Below, piece by piece: positions 53,440-61,644 of a stretch of DNA of 64,000 bases; within the stretch, counting starts at the first letter, position 1, and each line of letters starts with the position of its first letter. Location of the stretch: assembly GCA_934725685.1 (NCBI GenBank), contig CAKVBX010000004.1, forward strand, positions 7,353-71,352, in the 5' to 3' direction. Source of the stretch: an uncultured Bacilli bacterium (GTDB taxonomy: Bacteria; Bacillota_I; Bacilli_A; RFN20; CAG-288). The notes beneath the pieces are model-generated. The model saw only the letters and a program-made list of their open reading frames with translations. It was not told the DNA's origin and did not search any database. The position numbers and the translations under genes were made by a program.

Positions 53440-54942
53440 ATGAACGAAACAAACGAAAAAGAAAATCTCAGCGAAGAAGAAATCCAGGTCGACCAGAGCC
53501 TCGCTCCGAAAGTCCACCATGAGCTTTCCCCTTCCGCCCTCAAAGTCATCATCGATACGCACAACACCGCCTTACTCAACACCATGGCGTGTACTTACGA
53601 TCCGACCAATATCGCCCACGCCCTCGAAGGCCTTTCCCAGGAAGATCTGCTCTTCTTCTTCAAATCCGTCAAGAGTGACGAATCCGCAGAGATTTTTACC
53701 TATCTCGAGCAGGATACCAAGGAGAGCGTCGTCCAGGCCTTCTCCTCGCTCGAACTGCACAGCATCGTCGACAGCATGGCGACAGATGACCTCGTCGACT
53801 TTGTCGATGACCTTCCCGCCAACCTGATTCACAAGGTCCTGATGGCCGCCTCCCCGGAGGACAAGGCACAAATCAACGCCTATCTTCACTTCAAGGACGA
53901 TTCCGCCGGTACCCTGATGACCCCGGAATATCTCTCGGTCCGCGACACAGACAACGTAGAAGATGCCATCGGCAAGATTCGGAAATACGGAAAGGAAATG
54001 GAGACCATCTGGGAGATTTTCGTCGTTGACAGCACAAGAAAGCTCGTCGGCACGGTCACCCTGGATAAGCTCGTCGAATCCGACTTAGACAAGACCATGG
54101 CGGAAGTTATGACCAACCAGGTCGTCTCCGTTCAGGTCAACACCGACCAGGAAATCGTTCTGCAGTACTTCCGGAAATACGACATCTCCGTCATCCCGGT
54201 CACCAACGCTTCCGACCGCATGCTCGGCATCATCACCTTCGACGACGCCATGGACGTCGCCAACGACGAAAACACGGAAGATACTTTACTTTCCTCCGCC
54301 GTTCTCCCTTCCGACACCCCATATCTGAAGACTTCCATTCTGAGGCTTGTCCGAAGCTATGGTGTCTGGCTGATTCTTCTTCTCGTCCTCAACACCTTCA
54401 CCAGTATGGCACTATCCTATCTGAGCGCACTCGGGCCGCTCCTTGCCATCCCTGTCCTCACCGCCTTCCTTCCGACCATCATGGGAACCAACGGAAACTC
54501 CTCTGATCAGACAGCGACCGTCACCGTCCGTGAGCTCGCCTTAGGAAACATCACGACAAAGAACTATTTCAAGGCGATGTGGAAGGAGTTCCGTGCCGCC
54601 AGTATCACAGGATTCATTCTTGCCGTCTTCTCCTTCGGCTGGATGCTCGTCGAGCTCTATTCCGGAATGATCGCCCTCACCGCCAGAGACAACGACATCA
54701 TCGTAAGACTCTGTAACGGAGACAGGAACATCTTCTTCCTCCTTTTGGCCATGTCCGTCTCCCTCACCTTCCTCATCACGACGATTTTGGCGAAACTCTT
54801 AGGTATCTCCCTCCCGGTCTTAGCCAAGAAGATCCATCTCGATCCCGCCGTCATGTCACAGCCGGTCATCTCCACGGTCTTAGACATCATCTCCATCGTG
54901 GTCTACTTCCTCTTCACTTCTCTGATTTTCCGCGGTCTATAA
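53440..54942 (+). CDS. mgtE: Magnesium transporter MgtE (paralog 2)
   Basis: Same architecture as paralog 1: AGTLMTPEYLSV, ISVIPVTNASDRMLGIITFDDAMDVANDENTED, GNSSDQ, and VISTVLDIISIVVYF. It starts 11 nt after paralog 1, behind AGGAGG. Confidence 0.85.
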   Translation: MNETNEKENLSEEEIQVDQSLAPKVHHELSPSALKVIIDTHNTALLNTMACTYDPTNIAHALEGLSQEDLLFFFKSVKSDESAEIFTYLEQDTKESVVQAFSSLELHSIVDSMATDDLVDFVDDLPANLIHKVLMAASPEDKAQINAYLHFKDDSAGTLMTPEYLSVRDTDNVEDAIGKIRKYGKEMETIWEIFVVDSTRKLVGTVTLDKLVESDLDKTMAEVMTNQVVSVQVNTDQEIVLQYFRKYDISVIPVTNASDRMLGIITFDDAMDVANDENTEDTLLSSAVLPSDTPYLKTSILRLVRSYGVWLILLLVLNTFTSMALSYLSALGPLLAIPVLTAFLPTIMGTNGNSSDQTATVTVRELALGNITTKNYFKAMWKEFRAASITGFILAVFSFGWMLVELYSGMIALTARDNDIIVRLCNGDRNIFFLLLAMSVSLTFLITTILAKLLGISLPVLAKKIHLDPAVMSQPVISTVLDIISIVVYFLFTSLIFRGL

Positions 54943-54950
54943 AAAGCGAC

Positions 54951-54975
54951 AGCCCAGCAAAAATGCTGGGCTTTT
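54951..54975 (+). terminator. Rho-independent terminator after the mgtE pair
   Basis: AGCCCAGCA-AAAA-TGCTGGGCT followed by TTT. Confidence 0.8.
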
Positions 54976-55051
54976 CTACTGAAATTGTTTTTCTGTGTGG
55001 TTTTCCACTTTCGTCTAAAAAGCCTAATCCGAAAATCAGACGTTTTCTATA

Positions 55052-55753
55052 TTAGCCTCTTGTCTTCAGTTCATAGAAGGCGACGGCAATGGAGGTCGTC
55101 AGATTCAGGGAATCGACCTCATTGCTCTGCTCGATGCGGACATTGTTTTCGTTGTGAATGCTCGGAGGCAGCCCGGTCGCTTCATTGCCGAAAACAAGGG
55201 AGCAGGGATGGAAGAAGGTAACATCATGAAGCGGTCTTGAAGTATCCAGGACAAAGGGATAGAACGTGCGGGGATACTTTTTGAGATAGGTTTCGAAGGA
55301 ATCGAATTCTTCGATTCTGATTTTGAAGATTGCGCCCATGGAGGCACGGACAGCCTTCGGATTGAAGCGGTCGGCGCAGGGTGTGATGAGTGCGAGATCG
55401 TGATATCCGAACGCCAACAGGGTTCTCATCGCGTTGCCGAGATTTCCCATATCGCTCGGATTCACCATGACAAGGTGGTCTTTCTCCGGGTTCAGCGGTT
55501 CGCTGAATTTGGAAAAGACACCGATGACATGGGCGTTCTCCTTGGATTTAAGGACGTTGAACGCCTTTTCGGAGATGATGACTTTGTCCTTGGGGACAAG
55601 AGTCAGAATCTTCTTGTATCCGTCGCTGTCGACGGCATCTGGATTGACGTAGACGCTGCGGAGACTATCTTTCCGATATTGAATCATCTCGAAGGTCGGA
55701 AAGAAGCCTTCGGTGTAAGAATAATCCAGGTCTTTGTTATAGGTTTTGATCAT
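55052..55753 (-). CDS. SpoU/TrmH-family RNA 2'-O-methyltransferase
   Basis: SPOUT motifs NPSDMGNLGNAMRT, SLVFGNEATGLP, and IEQSNEVDSLNLTTSIAV. Confidence 0.8.
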   Translation of the reverse strand: MIKTYNKDLDYSYTEGFFPTFEMIQYRKDSLRSVYVNPDAVDSDGYKKILTLVPKDKVIISEKAFNVLKSKENAHVIGVFSKFSEPLNPEKDHLVMVNPSDMGNLGNAMRTLLAFGYHDLALITPCADRFNPKAVRASMGAIFKIRIEEFDSFETYLKKYPRTFYPFVLDTSRPLHDVTFFHPCSLVFGNEATGLPPSIHNENNVRIEQSNEVDSLNLTTSIAVAFYELKTRG

Positions 55754-55841
55754 GCCTATATTCTAACCTTTTCCGAGGAAAGATAAAAGATAGACGGAAA
55801 CAGGTTCGGAAATGATATATTGATACTAGGAGAAAACAATC

Positions 55842-56777
55842 ATGACTGAACTGCATTTACATCTGGATGGCTCGCTGCGGGCAAAGACCTGTCTTGAACT
55901 CTATCGGGAACAGCGGATTCCCGCCCCCTGTGAAGACGAAGGAACGATGAAGAGACTTCTCACTGCCAGCGAGGACTGCAAGAATCTCGAGGAAGTGCTT
56001 CGCTGCTTCAATATTCCGCTCAAGGTCCTTCAGAAGGACTGGGCGCTCGAGCGAGTCGCCTATGAGCTTGTCGAAGACTTATCGAAAAGCCATGACGACT
56101 ACTGCGAAATCCGTTTTGCGCCGAATCTTTCCCTTGCTGAGGGCATGACACAAAAGGAGGTCACGGAAGCGGTCCTGAGAGGAGTAGAGCACGGCATGAA
56201 GGATTTTCCGATCCGCATCGGACTGATTCTCTGTGTCATGCGTGGAAAGAGCGAAGAGGAGAACATGGAGACTGTCGAAGTCTGTGAGAGAATGAGAGGC
56301 GATGTCGTATGCGGTCTCGATCTCGCCGGTGCCGAGAATCTCTTCCCGGCAAAACTATACCGCCCTGTCTTCGAACGGGCGAACCGTTATCATATTCCCT
56401 TCACGATGCACGCCGGGGAGAGTCTCGATCTCAACAATGTCTATGATGCTATCGACATGGGAGCGAGAAGACTCGGTCACGGCATCACCGTCGTCAAAGA
56501 TGAGAAACTTCTGCAGCTTGTCAAGGAAAAGAATATCCATGTCGAATGCTGCCTCACCAGCAACATTCAGACCAAAGAGGTCGCTTCCTTCGACGTGCAT
56601 CCGATCAGGAAACTCTTCGACGAAGGAATCTCTGTCTCCATCAACACAGACAACCTTTCCGTCTCGGATTCCGATCACGAGAAGGAACTTGCCATCGCAA
56701 GAAAATACCTTCACTTCACGGATGCGGAGATGGAGGAAATCGAGCGACGCGCCAAAACAGCGAGATTCCTTCACTGA
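55842..56777 (+). CDS. add: Adenosine deaminase
   Basis: ELHLHLDGSL, FTMHAGE, LGHG, and the SINTDN motifs. Confidence 0.9.
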   Translation: MTELHLHLDGSLRAKTCLELYREQRIPAPCEDEGTMKRLLTASEDCKNLEEVLRCFNIPLKVLQKDWALERVAYELVEDLSKSHDDYCEIRFAPNLSLAEGMTQKEVTEAVLRGVEHGMKDFPIRIGLILCVMRGKSEEENMETVEVCERMRGDVVCGLDLAGAENLFPAKLYRPVFERANRYHIPFTMHAGESLDLNNVYDAIDMGARRLGHGITVVKDEKLLQLVKEKNIHVECCLTSNIQTKEVASFDVHPIRKLFDEGISVSINTDNLSVSDSDHEKELAIARKYLHFTDAEMEEIERRAKTARFLH

Positions 56778-56804
56778 GTTTCTTCTCTGAAAAACTGACA
56801 AAAG

Positions 56805-56845
56805 AAAAAACCTTGGATGATGTGGTCCAAGGTTTTCTTTTTTTC
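56805..56845. terminator. Bidirectional terminator between add and rpsR
   Basis: AAAAAACCTTGGA-loop-TCCAAGGTTTTCTTTTTTT. Confidence 0.85.
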
Positions 56846-56856
56846 AGTTCTGCTGA

Positions 56857-57081
56857 TTAGTCAGCGACGTACGGCAAGAGAGCCATGAATCTGGCGCGTT
56901 TGATAGCGACAGCCAACATTCTCTGATACTTGCTGCAAGTGCCGGTGATCTTCTTAGGAGTAATCTTTCCGGAAGGAGAGATGTACTTCTTGAGAAGCTC
57001 GACATCCTTGTAGTCGATGTACTTGATGTTGTTTTTAGTGAAATAGCAGACCTTCTTGCGAGGTTTCATTCTACGGAACAT
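56857..57081 (-). CDS. rpsR: 30S ribosomal protein S18
   Basis: [63 protein letters not shown]. Confidence 0.95.
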   Translation of the reverse strand: MFRRMKPRKKVCYFTKNNIKYIDYKDVELLKKYISPSGKITPKKITGTCSKYQRMLAVAIKRARFMALLPYVAD

Positions 57082-57122
57082 TTCATTAATCCTTTCTTCC
57101 TAGACGCCAAGTGAGCTCTAGG

Positions 57123-57557
57123 TCAGAATGGCAAATCGTCATCAGAGGAGTCAATCCCTTCGTGGGCGACACTCTGTTCGGAGCCTGTGCCATTATCAGT
57201 GGGTTGATAGGATTCCGCCACATCCTCATTGCTCCCCTTCTTTTCGAGGAACTGAACAGATTCGGCGACGACTTCGATGATGGAGCGCTTTGCACCGCTC
57301 TTATCTTCGTAGCTGCGCTGATTCAGTCTGCCGTCGACACCGACCATGGAACCTTTTCCACAGTATTTGGCGACGTTTTCCGCTGTCTTGTTCCAGCAGG
57401 TGCAAGGAATGAAGCTAGTGGTCTTTTCACCACCCTTGCTTGTCATGTTGTCGATTGCGACCGTGAAGGAAGTGACAGAAGCTCCCGAGGTTGTCCTCTT
57501 GAGTTCCGGATCCCTTGTCAGTCTACCGACCAAAACTACACGATTTAATCCAGCCAT
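57123..57557 (-). CDS. ssb: Single-stranded DNA-binding protein
   Basis: OB fold NRVVLVGRLTRDPELK with an acidic tip ...DDDLPF. Confidence 0.95.
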   Translation of the reverse strand: MAGLNRVVLVGRLTRDPELKRTTSGASVTSFTVAIDNMTSKGGEKTTSFIPCTCWNKTAENVAKYCGKGSMVGVDGRLNQRSYEDKSGAKRSIIEVVAESVQFLEKKGSNEDVAESYQPTDNGTGSEQSVAHEGIDSSDDDLPF

Positions 57558-57585
57558 ACCCTTCGTTCTCCTTTTCTTTTAAGAA

Positions 57586-57873
57586 TTAGTTGTGAGCGAC
57601 GGTGATAAGGAATCTCATAACCTTGGCATCGAGAGCGACGATTCTGTTGAATTCGCTGACAGCCTTGCTATCGCTGGAGAAATTGCAGACGACATAATAG
57701 CCCTTCGTCTGTTTCTTGATAGCATAAGCCAGGTCTCTCATTCCCCATTCGTTGACGCCGGTGATCTTTCCACCGTTGTCGGTGATGATCTTCTGAAGAG
57801 CAGCGTTTTCAGCCTTAATCTCTTCTTCGGCAAGCGTGGGCATGAGAATGTACATGAGTTCGTAATTTTTCAT
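57586..57873 (-). CDS. rpsF: 30S ribosomal protein S6
   Basis: MKNYELMYILMPTL...WGMRDLAYAIKKQTKGYYV. Confidence 0.95.
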   Translation of the reverse strand: MKNYELMYILMPTLAEEEIKAENAALQKIITDNGGKITGVNEWGMRDLAYAIKKQTKGYYVVCNFSSDSKAVSEFNRIVALDAKVMRFLITVAHN

Positions 57874-58184
57874 GCGTGTATACCTCCCTATGGTCTTTCG
57901 GCCAATTCTACATCAGGAATTGGCAAGAAAGTATATGGCCACAAAAAATGGCCTAGGTAAGTATAATAAATTATCAACTCTAAGTAAAGAGATTTCTTAT
58001 CTTGTCCCTCCTACTGACATATACAGGAATTTCGCCGGAAAACACAAAAATTCGGTAAAAAAATATGTGGTTTCTCCCCTCTTCGGAATCCGCTTCTTGC
58101 AAGGCAGGATTGGCAAAATGGATTCCTATTTTGGATAGACCAGTTCAGCATTTTTGATTATATGTTTTGAGTTTTTTCTATCAA

Positions 58185-58490
58185 TCAACAGCGGCTGACG
58201 CTTAAAAGATTATCGAAAGGCACTTTCTTCCCGTTCAGAATCAATCTTCGTTCGATTGAATCGCAGCGGACGAAAGAATCGATCACGTGAAGAATCTGTC
58301 CCTCATCGAAATAAGTGACATCGACACTGTCTCCCCGAGAGAGTGAGATGAGAAGATTGTTGATATCCTCGATTTCGTCGTCTGACAACTCCGGCTTTTC
58401 CTTTTTCTCTTTCTGCCTGCGGTGTTCTTCCAGCACCTGATATTGTCCCGACAGCGACTTGAACGGCTGCCATTTCATCATACCTCTCAT
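58185..58490 (-). CDS. YolD-like protein (accessory factor of Y-family polymerases)
   Basis: About 100 aa. The pattern MKWQPFKSL..., with a charged middle and VTYFDEGQILHV...I...L, is typical of YolD-like proteins. The ATGA overlaps the polymerase gene. Confidence 0.65.
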   Translation of the reverse strand: MRGMMKWQPFKSLSGQYQVLEEHRRQKEKKEKPELSDDEIEDINNLLISLSRGDSVDVTYFDEGQILHVIDSFVRCDSIERRLILNGKKVPFDNLLSVSRC

Positions 58491-59746
58491 GCGTGATGTC
58501 CTCCGATTTGATTCCTTCTCGTCAGATAAGTGGAAGAGAGACTCAGCGCCGAACAGGGCATTGCCTTGACGGCCCCGTATTTCTTCCTGATGGCGATCAG
58601 GGTCTCCTCCAGCCGATAGATTTCCCTTCCTTCTTCCGGTGCTTCAAAAAGCGAAAGCTGATAATGCCCTTTCTCCGTCACATCCAAGGCAACGAGGGAA
58701 AGCTGGCGGTAAAGCACATCGTCACTCCGGTACTCTTCCTCGAACTTTTTGGCGAATCCGCGACCGATTCGCTCCGCCGAATCCGTCGGCGTGAGGAAAG
58801 AGAGCTTCAGAACGACACCGTTATGATCCTTATATCCGAGATAGAGAACAAAGTCCTTGGCCGCTTTTTTCTCTTCGTGGAGGCGGTCCGACATCTCGAT
58901 GGCCATGTCCCGGATCAAAGTCGTCATCTCTTCGCTCGCATAATCCCGCAACAGCACCTGTCCGCAGGAGAGGGAGTGGTTTTTGCTGTGATAACTTTCC
59001 TGAAGCAGAGCATCGTCATATCCCAAGGAATGATAATGAATTTCCTCTCCGATGACACCGAGCTCCTTCTTCAAATATTCGGGATCAGAGACAGCGATGT
59101 CTCCGACGCAGTAGAAGCCTAAGGCATTGAGTCTTTTCTCCAGTCTACTTCCGATGCCCCACATCTTGCTTAGCGGCGCCACAGGCCAGAGATGCTCGGG
59201 AATTTTGGAATAATCCCATTCCGCGAGAAACTCCGGATTGTGCTTCGCTTCGATATCCATAGCAGCCTTGGCCATGAACAAATTCAGGCCGATGCCTGCC
59301 GTGACAGTGAGTCCCATCTTGCCCCTGATTTCATCGATGATCTTTTTTGCATAGCTTTTCGGAGTGTCATGGTTCCGTTTCAAATAGGCGGTAACATCGA
59401 GGAACGACTCATCGATGGAATAGACAAAGAGGTCTTCCTCGCTCACGTATTCAAGATAGACATCGTTGACAAAGGCGCTGACTTCCAAATAGCGTCTCAT
59501 CTTCGGCTGGGCGATGATGAGGTCAGGAATGCTCTTGGGGATCTCATAGAGACGGCAGCGCGATTTGACGCCGTATTTTGCCTTGATATAGGGAGAGGCA
59601 GCTAAGACAATGGTGCCGTCTCCTCTGGATTCGTCAGCGACGACAAGTGGCGTCGTAAAAGGGTCCAGACCTCTGTCGAGACATTCCACAGAGGCGTAAA
59701 AAGACTTCAGATCGATGGCTAGAATAATGCGGTCATTTCGTTTCAT
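58487..59746 (-). CDS. Y-family translesion DNA polymerase (UvrX/ImpB/DinB-like)
   Basis: ILAIDLKSFYASVEC catalytic Asp motif, SIDESFLDVT, and MWGIGSRLEKRLN (HhH). Confidence 0.85.
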   Translation of the reverse strand: MKRNDRIILAIDLKSFYASVECLDRGLDPFTTPLVVADESRGDGTIVLAASPYIKAKYGVKSRCRLYEIPKSIPDLIIAQPKMRRYLEVSAFVNDVYLEYVSEEDLFVYSIDESFLDVTAYLKRNHDTPKSYAKKIIDEIRGKMGLTVTAGIGLNLFMAKAAMDIEAKHNPEFLAEWDYSKIPEHLWPVAPLSKMWGIGSRLEKRLNALGFYCVGDIAVSDPEYLKKELGVIGEEIHYHSLGYDDALLQESYHSKNHSLSCGQVLLRDYASEEMTTLIRDMAIEMSDRLHEEKKAAKDFVLYLGYKDHNGVVLKLSFLTPTDSAERIGRGFAKKFEEEYRSDDVLYRQLSLVALDVTEKGHYQLSLFEAPEEGREIYRLEETLIAIRKKYGAVKAMPCSALSLSSTYLTRRNQIGGHHA

Positions 59747-59916
59747 GCTTCTATTCTAAGGGAGGAAAAGGAAAATGGGAGGAGGCAATAAACAACTTGA
59801 AGAAAGGGGGTGGTATAGACAAATCCTATTCTTAGCCACTTATCGGAAAAGATGGGAAAAAGAAAAGAAAGACCGAAAGGGGAAACAATCAGAAACAACC
59901 CCTTGACAGCAGAAAT

Positions 59917-59947
59917 AGGCAAAAGAAAAGAGAGGTTGTTCCTCTCT
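59917..59947 (-). terminator. Rho-independent terminator after the guanylate-kinase-like gene
   Basis: AGAGAGG-TTGTT-CCTCTCT, followed by TTTTCTTTT on the minus strand. Confidence 0.7.
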
Positions 59948-60530
59948 AGTCTTTCAGAGCCTGAAGTTCCTTCTCGTAATCGATGCCCCTCTCTTTGAGG
60001 ATTTCGATATATTTCTTATAGATGTATTCGGCTGCATGCGGAAGGTCATAGACGCTCGTATCGACATTGCAGTCAATCATTTTTCCGGCTTCCGGCGTGA
60101 GATGGAAAGCCTCTTTGTCATTCTCGATGCGGGAAGCGACCTTCTCTGGCTTGTCGCCGCGGGAGAGCATCCGCTCTCTGCAGGTATCCTCATCGAGGAT
60201 GAGGCGGAACAGGACGATGTGCGGATCGTTAAAAGACTTATACGTCATCGCACCATTGAGTTCCACGGCCATGCATTTGTCGATGCGGACTTCTTTTCTG
60301 CTGGTTCCGTAATGATGTCCGTTATAGAAGACATGTTCGACAAACTCGTCGTTCTTCACCATTCTCTCGAACTCTTCTTCACTGACAAAATGATAGTCGA
60401 CATCATTCTGTTCGCCGTCACGCATTTCTCTTGTCGTATGGGTGATGACTTTTCTGATTCCATAGTGTTCCTGAAGATAATAGCAAGTTGCAGTCTTCCC
60501 AGATGCAGACGGGCCAGTGATAACAATCAT
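59946..60530 (-). CDS. Guanylate kinase family protein
   Basis: P-loop ITGPSASGKT and THTTREMRDGEQNDVDYHFVS (GMP-binding pattern TTR..R.GE..G.DY.F). Confidence 0.7.
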   Translation of the reverse strand: MIVITGPSASGKTATCYYLQEHYGIRKVITHTTREMRDGEQNDVDYHFVSEEEFERMVKNDEFVEHVFYNGHHYGTSRKEVRIDKCMAVELNGAMTYKSFNDPHIVLFRLILDEDTCRERMLSRGDKPEKVASRIENDKEAFHLTPEAGKMIDCNVDTSVYDLPHAAEYIYKKYIEILKERGIDYEKELQALKD

Positions 60531-60618
60531 AGAAACCTCCGATTTGATTTGACGTCTATTTTAATGAGAAAATCGGGCCTTTTCAAGACCATAGAATACG
60601 ATTAGGAAAATAAAATGA

Positions 60619-61293
60619 TCAGAGTGTTCCGTCGATGACCTGTCTGATTTCCTCCCGGGAAGTGAGATAGGCAGTCGGCTGAAGCGGATAGGATTTCAGT
60701 TTTTCTTCCGGATCATAGCCCCAAAGCACGGAATAGGTGCCCCCGCATCTGAGATTATGGGCCGTCATGATATCCGTGGTGGAATCCCCGAAATACATGA
60801 CTTTCCCGAAATCGAGATGATAGGACTCCGTCGCCTTGAAGAACGCTTCAGGATCGGGTTTTGTGACACCGCCGAGCGGAATACCGACAAGAAGATCGAA
60901 GAGGTTCTGCGGAAAGCAGCGATGCATAACTTCCATAGCAATATCGTGCGGTTTGTTCGTATAGATAAAAAGGAGGATTCCTTTGCTCTTAGCATACTCG
61001 AGTGCTTCAATCAGGCCGGAATAAGGTTTTGTCTTCACACAGAAGTGGGTGAGATAATAATCATAATAGGTTTGGAAGACACTATCGAAATAAGAGAGCT
61101 GTTCTTCTCCGAGTGCCCGCTTGATCAAAAGGACGGATCCGTTTCCCAGATAGGTCGTGACCTCTTCATAGCTCCTTGTCTTGAGAGCGTGCTTCTTCAG
61201 AGCGTAGTTGACGGAATCAGCGATATCCTCCACCGTAGAGACAATCGTCCCGTCCATATCGAACACCAGTGCCTGCGGAATGGTATTTTTCAT
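60619..61293 (-). CDS. HAD-superfamily hydrolase (phosphoglycolate phosphatase-like)
   Basis: Motif I is VFDMDGTIV. Motif II is YTNK. Motif IV is YFGDSTTDI. The start is at MKNTIPQ, preceded by GGAGGTG. Confidence 0.75.
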   Translation of the reverse strand: MKNTIPQALVFDMDGTIVSTVEDIADSVNYALKKHALKTRSYEEVTTYLGNGSVLLIKRALGEEQLSYFDSVFQTYYDYYLTHFCVKTKPYSGLIEALEYAKSKGILLFIYTNKPHDIAMEVMHRCFPQNLFDLLVGIPLGGVTKPDPEAFFKATESYHLDFGKVMYFGDSTTDIMTAHNLRCGGTYSVLWGYDPEEKLKSYPLQPTAYLTSREEIRQVIDGTL

Positions 61294-61569
61294 CGTTTCA
61301 CCTCCGAATATCCCCATAATCTTACCACAGAAGGCTTAAGAAAGCCTGAAAAAAACACCCTGAAAAATCGAGGAGGAAAACAAGCGAAAAAACGCACGGA
61401 AAATTCAAAAAAAATTTGAGGGGGTCAAATACGTAAAACCTTTTATTTTAGTAAAAAGTTTTTGCATATGTTGCTCTATTGGAATTGACAATATTGGTTT
61501 ATGGTATTTAGTTTCATGACTTTTCAATCTAGCAACATGGTAGTCTCAAAAAAATCCCCCCGGGTTTTT

Positions 61570-61624
61570 CAAGCGAAAAAAAAGTGTTGTTTTTTGCTTC
61601 GATTTCCTTTATATTTTTCGCTTG
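61570..61624 (+). promoter_or_regulatory. Inverted repeats in the potA leader capable of alternative hairpins next to the RBS
   Basis: CAAGCGAAAAA (61570-61580) is the perfect reverse complement of TTTTTCGCTTG (61614-61624). The same left arm can instead pair with TTTTTTGCTT (about 61590-61599). Confidence 0.35.
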
Positions 61625-61644
61625 TAAAAAGGGGGTATTCCGAA

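Noticed and set aside
57872-58138. An 88-aa plus-strand ORF in the rpsF upstream region.
   Set aside because: It starts inside the rpsF start-codon region on the opposite strand with no RBS. The region is better explained as the rpsF promoter and leader.
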